Made by a program: the position numbers and the translations under genes. The notes under the pieces are model-generated. The model was not told the origin of the DNA and ran no database searches. It saw nothing but the letters and a program-made list of their open reading frames with translations. A stretch of DNA of 27,086 nt from Gammaproteobacteria bacterium (lineage in GTDB: Bacteria; Pseudomonadota; Gammaproteobacteria; Pseudomonadales; UBA6940). The stretch covers positions 1-27,086 of the forward strand of contig JAYPYM010000019.1 in NCBI GenBank assembly GCA_038135915.1, given 5' to 3'. This document shows positions 17,523 to 25,846 of the stretch, piece after piece. The stretch's first letter is position 1. Each line of letters opens with the position of its first letter.

Positions 17523-18215
17523 TTAGATTCTCATACAGACCGTGTAGTAACGATTTTCCACGTAAGTTGTGGTGGTGGTGCCGGTAGCTGGAGCTTGGAT
17601 AGTACCTCGTACATTAGGGTTACTACGGGTTGCTCTTAGATTTCCAGTTTCACCATTACCGTTGTCTACCAGTATATCTAGACTGCTAGCAGCACTAGAA
17701 GGTAAACCGCTCATGCATACTTTTACGCCGGTTAAGCCATTGTTGATGCTTGCAGTTGTAACACCGACTAGCCCGCCAAATGGGTTTTTTAGTAAGGCTG
17801 CTTGACCAGCCACTGATGGATCGCCTTTGATAAATTCACCTGCTTTTAAGTGTTGCCAATAATTATCGCTCTCGCTACTTCCAGGTGTTCCTGGGTTAAA
17901 GGTTTGCAGGTTGTTTATGTTAATGACTCCATTTCTATTGCCCGCTGCAGTGACGTCTGACCATAAAGCACCACGATTTTGTAGCCTAGTTAGGTCGCCA
18001 TCATCTCCCGGTTGGGCGCGATGTTGTGCTACATAGTCTTTGTGCGCCGCTGCTACATTATTAATGATTGCTGCCGCCTTCTTTACCTTTGCTCCTTGAA
18101 TAAGCGATGAACCTTTTAGAACACCTCCGATGAGCAGTCCAATCACCACGAGTACAATTGCCATTTCGATGAGCGATACACCTGACTCTCTCGATTCAAT
18201 TTTCCGATGTTCCAT
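17523..18215 (-). CDS. Type IV pilin (prepilin with N-terminal methylation motif). C-terminal Cys pair; candidate major pilin.
   Basis: Class III signal 'MEHRKIESRESG|VSLIEMAIVLVVIGLLIGG'. It has C-terminal 'VCMSG...TVCMRI' cysteines. Confidence 0.8.
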   Translation of the reverse strand: MEHRKIESRESGVSLIEMAIVLVVIGLLIGGVLKGSSLIQGAKVKKAAAIINNVAAAHKDYVAQHRAQPGDDGDLTRLQNRGALWSDVTAAGNRNGVININNLQTFNPGTPGSSESDNYWQHLKAGEFIKGDPSVAGQAALLKNPFGGLVGVTTASINNGLTGVKVCMSGLPSSAASSLDILVDNGNGETGNLRATRSNPNVRGTIQAPATGTTTTTYVENRYYTVCMRI

Positions 18216-18244
18216 TTTGTTACCCCTGAAGATTTTCTATGGCT

Positions 18245-18991
18245 TTAATTGGCTTGCCCGGACTCAACGAGTGTATATGCGATTTGATTCGAAGAAATCC
18301 AGGTTAATATATCATCGAAAGCCGCTCCAGCGGCCTCGCTTGGTTCTCGGTTTACAAATATAGCATTAAGGTTGTCTATATTCTCCGATTGAAAGGGAGC
18401 TGGCTGTGAGGCATCGGGTCCTAAAGAGAAAATGACTGCAGCAATGTTTGTAGCGACTGTGGTAGCACATGCAGTGTTGTTACAAATCTGTATGTCTGGT
18501 GCTGTCGCTGAGAGTGTCGATATATTAAATGTGTCTATAGCGTATGCAAAAGTGCCCACACTTGTTAGGCTATAACGGATAGGGTTTCCCCAATGATCAG
18601 TTAATATGTTATTCGCATCGACAATACCATTGAGTCCTAAATCTGCATTTGGTATGAATCCATGTTCGCTTCTGCAATTTGTATTAGCACCACCAACTCT
18701 TGATTCAGCACCATTTGAATTTGTTGGTGTGATAGTGGCTGGGCAGGGTAGGTGGCCATTTTGGGCTAGATATCCTAAAATAGCTGCTTCAGCTTCTTGA
18801 ATAAGCGTTTCTGTAGACTGGATATTTTTTCGTGTCTGTTGGGAGCTTAGCGGTCCAAGAATAGAGCTAATTAGAAGCCCTACGATCACCAGCACTACAG
18901 CAATTTCTATCAGTGTAAAGCCACGTGGTGAGCTTTGAATGTGAGAAGAAGTATTAAAGCTCGAGTACTTTGATTTGGTCGTTGAAGGCAT
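18245..18991 (-). CDS. Prepilin-type protein with an unusually long 24-aa leader.
   Basis: '...SSPRG|FTLIEIAVVLVIVGLLIS'. 'gagga' lies 9 nt upstream of the ATG. It overlaps the preceding gene by 38 nt. Confidence 0.72.
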   Translation of the reverse strand: MPSTTKSKYSSFNTSSHIQSSPRGFTLIEIAVVLVIVGLLISSILGPLSSQQTRKNIQSTETLIQEAEAAILGYLAQNGHLPCPATITPTNSNGAESRVGGANTNCRSEHGFIPNADLGLNGIVDANNILTDHWGNPIRYSLTSVGTFAYAIDTFNISTLSATAPDIQICNNTACATTVATNIAAVIFSLGPDASQPAPFQSENIDNLNAIFVNREPSEAAGAAFDDILTWISSNQIAYTLVESGQAN

Positions 18992-20039
18992 CTGATAGAT
19001 TCCTCGTATTTCTAAAAATATAATCTAGATCGTTATCTGTATTGTCATCTTCGTAAAAATTCGGAAGATCCAAAATGGTTCTATCCTGGGCGCCGATTGG
19101 TATGCCAGGAGAAACAATCAGCGCATCAGGAGTTGCTGTTACATCTCCTGAAATAGAAATGCAGTCTAGGTCTCCATCAGCACATACCCGGTAGTGGATT
19201 TGGTCGTTCCAGTGAAGATGCACCCATGAGGAGTTTGTCAGTAGCGGGACTGGTGTAGTGCAGCTAACAGGGTCACTTCCGGATGAAAATGGTACAAATC
19301 CTGAAAGTGTACCTGCATTCGATGTTCCGTCTGCGGTGATACTTGCGGAAGGAAAATTACCACAATTATTTCTATAATCAGTCAGTGCGTCTTCAGTAAT
19401 AGCTAATACGCGTTGCTCTATTGTTTGCCAGAACAAACTGGTGTCAATTGCAGATACACGGTCATTAGTGGTATTGCTGGTTTGTGCGGTAAAATCAGTG
19501 TCTCCATCAGCATTCTCTCCTTCTAGATAATTAATGGCATTGATTGAGGTCCAGGTCTGTGTATTGATAGCTTCACCCGGGAGGAATAGAATCGCTGCTG
19601 CGGGATTTCCATCAAGCATTAAGTTGCTGGCTAGTGATGAATTAAGGCTTGTAGTGGGGAAGTCATTTCTAGTGTAATTGAGAGCTACTGAATACCATAC
19701 TGGCGCACCATGAGCATCTGTTTCAACATTCATATTTAGGGTTTGGAATGGGAACAGGCCAATATCATTATCGCAAATGCCGCTAGTACGATTTTCTAGC
19801 CCATCTCCGGTTGTATCAGGGCAGGGTAGTTGGCCTGCTGGCGCTTGTTGCAACGCAAAACCGAGTAAGTTTTTTCTTAACTGTTTTAATAGTTTGGTAT
19901 TCAAGCTAGATTGTTTTAAATCTTGTTTGTTTAGGGAAATCGACGCTATTTTTGCGCTGGTGATGGTAATCATTATCAGTGCTAGCAATGCTAGGACTGC
20001 AATACCTTTCGTAGATTCTGACTTAATGCCCATTCTCAT
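18954..20039 (-). CDS. Minor pilin / pseudopilin-like protein (GspK/PilX-like N-terminus), 361 aa.
   Basis: Hydrophobic N-terminus 'KGIAVLALLALIMITITSA' without the canonical G-F-T-L-I-E motif, as in GspK-type minor pseudopilins. It has a large Cys-containing periplasmic domain. Its start overlaps the upstream stop (ATGA). Confidence 0.55.
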   Translation of the reverse strand: MRMGIKSESTKGIAVLALLALIMITITSAKIASISLNKQDLKQSSLNTKLLKQLRKNLLGFALQQAPAGQLPCPDTTGDGLENRTSGICDNDIGLFPFQTLNMNVETDAHGAPVWYSVALNYTRNDFPTTSLNSSLASNLMLDGNPAAAILFLPGEAINTQTWTSINAINYLEGENADGDTDFTAQTSNTTNDRVSAIDTSLFWQTIEQRVLAITEDALTDYRNNCGNFPSASITADGTSNAGTLSGFVPFSSGSDPVSCTTPVPLLTNSSWVHLHWNDQIHYRVCADGDLDCISISGDVTATPDALIVSPGIPIGAQDRTILDLPNFYEDDNTDNDLDYIFRNTRNLSDAFNDQIKVLEL

Positions 20040-20647
20040 GGTTTTGATATCTTCTCCAATATTAGGCTTTCAAGTATCATGCTTTCCAACTCAGCATCTG
20101 GAATGCCTGTTGTACCATCTACGCTCTTTATATCTTCAGTCTTGTCTGGCTTTTGTGTTTCGGCAATTCTTTTTGAGTGGTCTTTTTGTTGTATTTCGTA
20201 ATGTTCTTTTACTTCATTGCTGTTTAAGAACCAGGTTTGGCCTGTCTTGAAGGTCATTTCTAGGTCATTTGCTTGCACATGTACTTTGCCAGGCTGCTCT
20301 TTCAGGGGGTTAGACTGGAGAAACTCATTTTTTTGGTCGTCACTGTAAATTAAACGGTTGTTGCTCCAAACTGTTGTCTTACCATCGTGTCTAATGATGA
20401 CGCCGGACAATTTAACTGATTCAGTTGTTATGGCGTTTTCTGGTTGTTCTGAAGATACCATCTCAGGTGCGTTAGTTCTAGTAGTTTCGGGTGTAGCGGT
20501 CTCTGTTGGTGTATCTTCAGGAGTCGCGGTGCGTAGGTGATCTAGGAATGCTCTTTGGTCTTGTGTGGTGAATAGCCTGCCAAAGTTTGAGTTAGCGTAA
20601 ACAAGGGTGTTAATCATGAGCATCAAGATGAGTAGGCTAGATCGCAT
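20036..20647 (-). CDS. Periplasmic protein with signal peptide and Thr/Pro/Glu-rich linker (PilP/MshK-like position).
   Basis: I chose the start at MRSSLLILMLMINTLVYANS (ATG 20647); the ORF track extends it to 20767. A 'TPEDTPTETATPETTRT' linker is followed by a beta-rich domain. Confidence 0.5.
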   Translation of the reverse strand: MRSSLLILMLMINTLVYANSNFGRLFTTQDQRAFLDHLRTATPEDTPTETATPETTRTNAPEMVSSEQPENAITTESVKLSGVIIRHDGKTTVWSNNRLIYSDDQKNEFLQSNPLKEQPGKVHVQANDLEMTFKTGQTWFLNSNEVKEHYEIQQKDHSKRIAETQKPDKTEDIKSVDGTTGIPDAELESMILESLILEKISKP

Positions 20648-21302
20648 ATGGGTCCTCAACATTATTTCCTTGTTGTTCGTTAAGTGGTAAGAACGTATAC
20701 CATGATAATCTACACTCTCCATTGAGACCTTGGAATAGGTCTTGCTCCAATTTACTAGGGCTCCCAAGCTCCGATTGAATCACTTTTAAATAACAATATT
20801 CGACACTGAATATGCCGTTCGCTTTGTTTCTTAGTTCCTTGAACAGATTAAAGAAATCACCTTCATGCATAATTTTCATGTCTAACTTCATGGGTGTTGC
20901 TTCAAATTGTGATGAGGGGTGGGTGTAAAAGTCTACCGGTTCGCTGGATATGAGGGTTTTCTCAACTGTATATTCTAGTTTCGGTAATGCTAATTTTTCA
21001 CTGGTTCCTTTCAATGTTTCTAACCATTGTAGTCGTTGGGTGTTACCTACAACACCTTTCTCAACCAATGGCAGGTATCTTTTGATATATTGATCATATG
21101 TTTTTTTCTGCTCAGCTGACTGAAAGTTTAACTGTTCCTGTTCGAAAACAGTATTTTCTGCTGCTTTCAATTGATCATTCATATTTGATGCATAGATTCC
21201 TGACAACACAGTAGTGGAAAGCGAAATTGTCAGCATGATCAGTCCGACACTATGTGCTTTCCAGTTAACCTGATTATTGTCATTGCTCATAATAGGGCTC
21301 AC
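20637..21302 (-). CDS. PilO/GspM-like bitopic inner-membrane pilus assembly protein.
   Basis: Short cytoplasmic N-terminus, one TM ('VGLIMLTISLSTTVLSGIYA'), a coiled coil, then a periplasmic domain. GTG at 21302 or ATG at 21290. Confidence 0.55.
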   Translation of the reverse strand: MSPIMSNDNNQVNWKAHSVGLIMLTISLSTTVLSGIYASNMNDQLKAAENTVFEQEQLNFQSAEQKKTYDQYIKRYLPLVEKGVVGNTQRLQWLETLKGTSEKLALPKLEYTVEKTLISSEPVDFYTHPSSQFEATPMKLDMKIMHEGDFFNLFKELRNKANGIFSVEYCYLKVIQSELGSPSKLEQDLFQGLNGECRLSWYTFLPLNEQQGNNVEDPYAI

Positions 21303-22977
21303 TGGTAACGGGGTATGTGTCCAAACGTTCGGTGGGCTGAAGCATTACCACGATTTCAAATTTTTCTTGGTCATCATCTGAAGAGGTAAGAGGTTCGGTA
21401 CCGGTTTGGCCTAGGTAGTCAGATGTTTCTCTAATATCAACAGGGGTCTGTTTTACCCAGGTTTTCCTGACGATGTCTAGTTTGTCTAACTCTTTAACGA
21501 ACTCCTCCATGATCACCACGGTATGTCGATAAACCTCTTCTGCTTGCTTTAACTTTCCTTGGAGGTGAATGATTGGGGTGCGACTATTCTGTAGATCTTG
21601 GTCTATTTCTGGTGTTGGTGAAAAGTCAGTTGAATCTGCTGGTTTGATAGTGAGATCATTAATCAGTTGCATGAGTTCATCGCCGTGTACTTTCTGCCAT
21701 TGTAGTCCACTAAGCTCGATGTTCTCAAAGTATTTGTTATCCATGACGGTACTTAATACATTAAATATATTATCAGGAGATTGCTCTGATTCTTTGACTA
21801 ATTGCTTCGAAAATTCTACGTCATCGCGCATGGATTGTGCAGTATTCAGTTCATCTTGAATATTGCTGTAATTTTTATCATAGTAAGCTAATAATTGGTT
21901 GAGTTTTTCCTCTGCGATTCTAGTTTTACTATTAAATCCAAGTGCCTGTATGATTAATGTTGCTGTGATGCAAAAGAGTATTAGGGAGCCGTAGTAACAG
22001 GTATAGCTGATTGTTTTATTTATGAGCTGTTTTGAATAATTCCTTAAGTCTGCCTTGGGTGCGTAATGATTTGTCTTCGGACTCAGCTTTGAACAGATAT
22101 AAGAAAATAGTGCATCGCTATCCAGCGGTGTTTGATCTGATCTATTCTTTAGTTTGATTCCAAGGTCCTTTGCGACTTCTTCAATACTAAAAAAAATGTA
22201 TTGGAATGTATTGGTATTCTCATGTTGATCTAAAGCCTGCTCTATAATTTGTTCCGGGACGAAATAAACTAAATCTATTCTGTCTGAATAACTAAGGTAT
22301 CTTTTATTTAATAAAAATTGATGAAGTTGGTTCACGCCTTCCGATGCGTATGCAGAAATATCCATTTTATTGGTTTCGGCTTGGTCAATTCGAATCTGTC
22401 GAGATAATAAGAACATCCCATTTCTGATATAGTTTTCTCTAAGCGTACCGTTTGAGTGCTTTGTAATGAGGATAACATTATCTGATAGATGCCGGTATCT
22501 TTTGATTAGTTGTTCGCTCAACAATGGAATTGACCAGATCCCACAGATAGGTACTTTATGTTTGTGTATTGCTTCGATCCAATTTTCGATATTTTCATTA
22601 CTTGTGATGGAAGAAAATAGAATTTCCTCGTCTTTCCTTCCAGACTTTTCTTGCCCAACTTTGTGATAATGGGTATATTTATTATCGCGGTAATATCGTC
22701 TAATATTCCTTTCTATTAATGCCGATCTATCCTTTCCTTTCAAAGGTGGTATGGTTTCTAGTAGGAAATCTTCTTCTAGTAAGTCTAAAAGAATAAAGCA
22801 GTATTGCGTTGGGCTGATTTCAAGATATTCCTCAAATCGGTCTACATCTGTTTTATCCGTCGTAAAGCTATAACGTAAATCTAAGCGGTGACCGTTCCAA
22901 TGGAAAACGTTCAGTGCAAAGCCAGATATCAGGAATACTCTGTTTATCAAGAGCCCAGACTCCCTATCGTTTCCCAA
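21280..22977 (-). CDS. GspL / PilM-PilN fusion-like (MshI-like) bitopic assembly protein, 565 aa.
   Basis: A cytoplasmic domain of about 315 aa is followed by a single TM ('ISYTCYYGSLILFCITATLIIQALGF'). A periplasmic coiled-coil domain comes after that. Topology only; I did not verify the fold. Confidence 0.55.
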   Translation of the reverse strand: MGNDRESGLLINRVFLISGFALNVFHWNGHRLDLRYSFTTDKTDVDRFEEYLEISPTQYCFILLDLLEEDFLLETIPPLKGKDRSALIERNIRRYYRDNKYTHYHKVGQEKSGRKDEEILFSSITSNENIENWIEAIHKHKVPICGIWSIPLLSEQLIKRYRHLSDNVILITKHSNGTLRENYIRNGMFLLSRQIRIDQAETNKMDISAYASEGVNQLHQFLLNKRYLSYSDRIDLVYFVPEQIIEQALDQHENTNTFQYIFFSIEEVAKDLGIKLKNRSDQTPLDSDALFSYICSKLSPKTNHYAPKADLRNYSKQLINKTISYTCYYGSLILFCITATLIIQALGFNSKTRIAEEKLNQLLAYYDKNYSNIQDELNTAQSMRDDVEFSKQLVKESEQSPDNIFNVLSTVMDNKYFENIELSGLQWQKVHGDELMQLINDLTIKPADSTDFSPTPEIDQDLQNSRTPIIHLQGKLKQAEEVYRHTVVIMEEFVKELDKLDIVRKTWVKQTPVDIRETSDYLGQTGTEPLTSSDDDQEKFEIVVMLQPTERLDTYPVTSEPYYEQ

Positions 22978-24152
22978 ACCGGACCTAGTACGGATACCAT
23001 AATCCAGCCCAGTAACCCACCCATGATCACAGTCAGAATTGGAGTGATTGCAGGCTCTATTTTTTCTACGGCATCTTCAATTTCTCGATTAAAAAAGTAG
23101 GTGACGTTTAACAGTGATTCATCAATGTTACCGGTGCTCTCTCCCACACGGATCATACGGATGACTAATGGTGGGAAAACGTCGACTGCTTGAAAACTGT
23201 CACTAATCCCTTTTCCTTCATTGATATGCTGGCGAACGTTATCTACAGCGAGTTCTAAGATAGGGCTGTCCATCAGCGGTTTGCATATATCCAGGGATCG
23301 TAACACTGTTATTCCAGATGAGTATAATAAAGACATGTAGTTTGCTAGCCGAGCAAGCTTAATCTTGTATAGAATGTTACCAATAATAGGGAAGTGAAGT
23401 TTGAGGTGATCGAATTTGAACCTCATTTTTTCGGACCGTTTGCAAAGTAATTTTATCGTCATAAAGGTAACGATAGGTGTCGAGATAATGACCCACCAGT
23501 AACCAATAAAGAAATCAGAAACAGCGATCAGCGCCTTTGTGTGAAACGGGATTTGTCCTCCCATTTCTTCTACGAAAGGGATAATTTGGGGTACTAAATA
23601 GACCATTAGAAAAGCTGTAACACAGAAAACAACGATCGCAACCACGGTAGGGTAGATTAGCACCTTTTTTGTTGCTGAGATCAGTTCATCTATCCACTTT
23701 AGTGTTTTCCCCATATCCTTAAGAATCTTTGGCAGCTCTCCAGTTTCCTCTCCTACTTTTATGAGGGAGGTGAAAACGGTGTCAAAGTCTTTGTCGAACT
23801 CGCTGAGCGCTTCGGAAAAAGTCTTTCCGCCATTTATTGACTCTGCAATTGCAGCCAATACATCTCTGTAATACCCTTCTGTAGCTGTGTCTCTTAGGTC
23901 ATGGATTGAGTCTAGTAAGGGTACGCCAGCTTTAGTCAGTTGCTCCAGCTGAAAAACAAAATTTATTAATTCATTTCGCTCTAATTTTCTATGTCCAAAT
24001 CGGCTTCCTTTTGCTGTTAGCTCTTCGTAGCGAATGAGGTCCTGTGATTGTGCTGCTAGCCTAGCCTCAAGTTCTAATATGTTGTTAGCATGTAGCTGAC
24101 CTTTAACCAACTTCCCGTTTTGATCTATTGCTTTATATTTGTATTTGCTCAT
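22947..24152 (-). CDS. Type II secretion / type IV pilus platform protein (GspF/PilC/MshG family).
   Basis: 401 aa with two T2SF-type repeats and three TM segments. Its start overlaps the GspE stop (ATGA). Confidence 0.88.
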   Translation of the reverse strand: MSKYKYKAIDQNGKLVKGQLHANNILELEARLAAQSQDLIRYEELTAKGSRFGHRKLERNELINFVFQLEQLTKAGVPLLDSIHDLRDTATEGYYRDVLAAIAESINGGKTFSEALSEFDKDFDTVFTSLIKVGEETGELPKILKDMGKTLKWIDELISATKKVLIYPTVVAIVVFCVTAFLMVYLVPQIIPFVEEMGGQIPFHTKALIAVSDFFIGYWWVIISTPIVTFMTIKLLCKRSEKMRFKFDHLKLHFPIIGNILYKIKLARLANYMSLLYSSGITVLRSLDICKPLMDSPILELAVDNVRQHINEGKGISDSFQAVDVFPPLVIRMIRVGESTGNIDESLLNVTYFFNREIEDAVEKIEPAITPILTVIMGGLLGWIMVSVLGPVWETIGSLGS

Positions 24153-25846
24153 TGTTCAGTCAACCTTTTGGTTAGATCGACCACTCTTCCAAGTTCTTCA
24201 ATTGTGGTTTCGCCCTTGATAATTCTCGCGATGCCGTCGTCGGCCATTGTTTTATAGCCTGACTTAAATGCTTGGCTGCGTATTTCCTTTATAGTGGCGT
24301 GCTGCAGAATGAGCTCGTCAATTTCATCATTCATTTGTAAAATTTCTATTACTGAAGACCGGCCTTTGAATCCTGTATTATCACAATATTCACAGCCTAC
24401 TGAGTCATATATAGATAGATCTTTTTTTACTCCCAGAATGTATTTTTCAAAATCTTCTGCTGCTCTTGGTTTCTTGCACATTTTGCATAGTTTTCGTATC
24501 AGCCTTTGACCGATGATCCCTATGATGTTGCCCGCCATCAGGTCTGCCCTAACGCCAATATCGATTAGACGAGAGAATGCACCAAGTGCTGAGTTCGTGT
24601 GAAGAGTTGTAAAGACCTGGTGTCCTGTCATAGCAGCACGGAATGCATTCTGGGCAGTGGCTTCATCACGTACCTCACCGACGAGTATAATGTCTGGGTC
24701 TTGACGCATTAAGGATCTTATGCCGTCAGCGAAGTCCATTTTAGCAACTTCGTTTATCGATGTTTGACGGATAAGTTCCATGGGGTATTCTACAGGGTCT
24801 TCGAGTGTCATGATATTGACCTGCTCAGATTTCCTGTAGTTTAACATGGAGTACAGGGTTGTCGTTTTTCCGCTTCCAGTTGGGCCGGTGACTAGTATGA
24901 TTCCTTCAGGTCTGCTCATAAGCAGTTTTAACAGTTTCAGTGCGTCTGGTTGCACGTCTAGGTTATCCAGCGGTACGATACCCCTAGCTCTATCAAGAAC
25001 CCTGAGAACAATATTCTCTCCGTGTGTTGTAGGTTGAGAGGCTACTCGGAAGTCTACTGTTCTACCCGCAACCGACATTGATATTTTACCGTCCTGGGGC
25101 GATCGTGTTTCCGCGATATTCATGCCAGATAAAACTTTTAATCGGACAGATATGGGAGACCAATAATCTTTATGCAGCGCCCGAATTTGCCTTAGTACAC
25201 CATCGATTCGATACCTAAGTCGAAGGAAACGTGCCTCTGGTTCAAAATGTATATCTGAGGCATTCTTCTTTACTGCGTCGATTAGGATTGCATTAACCAA
25301 ACGAATCAGTGGTTTGCTGTAGCCTTCACCTTCTGTTTCAAGTGTTGAGTAATCGACGACGCCTGTTTCAATTTCTTTTAAAATTCCGTTTACGGACAAC
25401 TCATAGCCGTAAAACTGATCTATTGCGTTGGTTATATCTCCTTCGCCGGCGATAGCTGGAGTAATTTCTACACCAGATGGTAATGTTGCTTTAATCTTGT
25501 CTAGAAGAATGACATCCATCGTGTCTGACATCGCAATGAAAAGTTTTTTCTGTTCTTTATCAAAGCTATATGGCATGACTTTATGACGGAGAGCGATGGG
25601 TTTGGGTATCATTTCCATCGCTTCTTTGTCTGGATACACCTTGCTGAGATCGATGCTTTCGCTGCCAAGCGTTTTACTGAGAATATCGCGTAGAATAGCC
25701 TCAGTAACAAACCCTAGTTCTGTGAAAAGCTGTCCAAGAGGTTTATGTTTTTGCTTTTGTTCTGTTATCGCGATTTCTAATTGGTCTTGAGTAATAAGAC
25801 CCATTTCTAGTAGTTGATCACCAAGTCGTTTTGGAGGTTTAGTCAT
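24149..25846 (-). CDS. GspE/PilB/MshE-family secretion ATPase with an N-terminal MshEN (cyclic-di-GMP-binding) domain.
   Basis: Walker A 'LVTGPTGSGKTTTL', Walker B 'ILVGEVRD', and a tetracysteine zinc motif 'CKMCKK...CEYCDNTG'. The N-terminus carries the 'RLGDQLLEMGLITQDQLEIAITEQ' and 'PLGQLFTELGFVTEAILRDIL' motifs. I chose the start at MTKPP (25846); the track ORF extends to 25894. Confidence 0.9.
   Translation of the reverse strand: MTKPPKRLGDQLLEMGLITQDQLEIAITEQKQKHKPLGQLFTELGFVTEAILRDILSKTLGSESIDLSKVYPDKEAMEMIPKPIALRHKVMPYSFDKEQKKLFIAMSDTMDVILLDKIKATLPSGVEITPAIAGEGDITNAIDQFYGYELSVNGILKEIETGVVDYSTLETEGEGYSKPLIRLVNAILIDAVKKNASDIHFEPEARFLRLRYRIDGVLRQIRALHKDYWSPISVRLKVLSGMNIAETRSPQDGKISMSVAGRTVDFRVASQPTTHGENIVLRVLDRARGIVPLDNLDVQPDALKLLKLLMSRPEGIILVTGPTGSGKTTTLYSMLNYRKSEQVNIMTLEDPVEYPMELIRQTSINEVAKMDFADGIRSLMRQDPDIILVGEVRDEATAQNAFRAAMTGHQVFTTLHTNSALGAFSRLIDIGVRADLMAGNIIGIIGQRLIRKLCKMCKKPRAAEDFEKYILGVKKDLSIYDSVGCEYCDNTGFKGRSSVIEILQMNDEIDELILQHATIKEIRSQAFKSGYKTMADDGIARIIKGETTIEELGRVVDLTKRLTEQ

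Noticed and set aside
17029-18800. Plus-strand ORFs 17029-17274, 17569-17805, 18130-18363 and 18606-18800.
   Set aside because: They are antisense to the yqiJ-like and pilin genes and have no supporting motifs.
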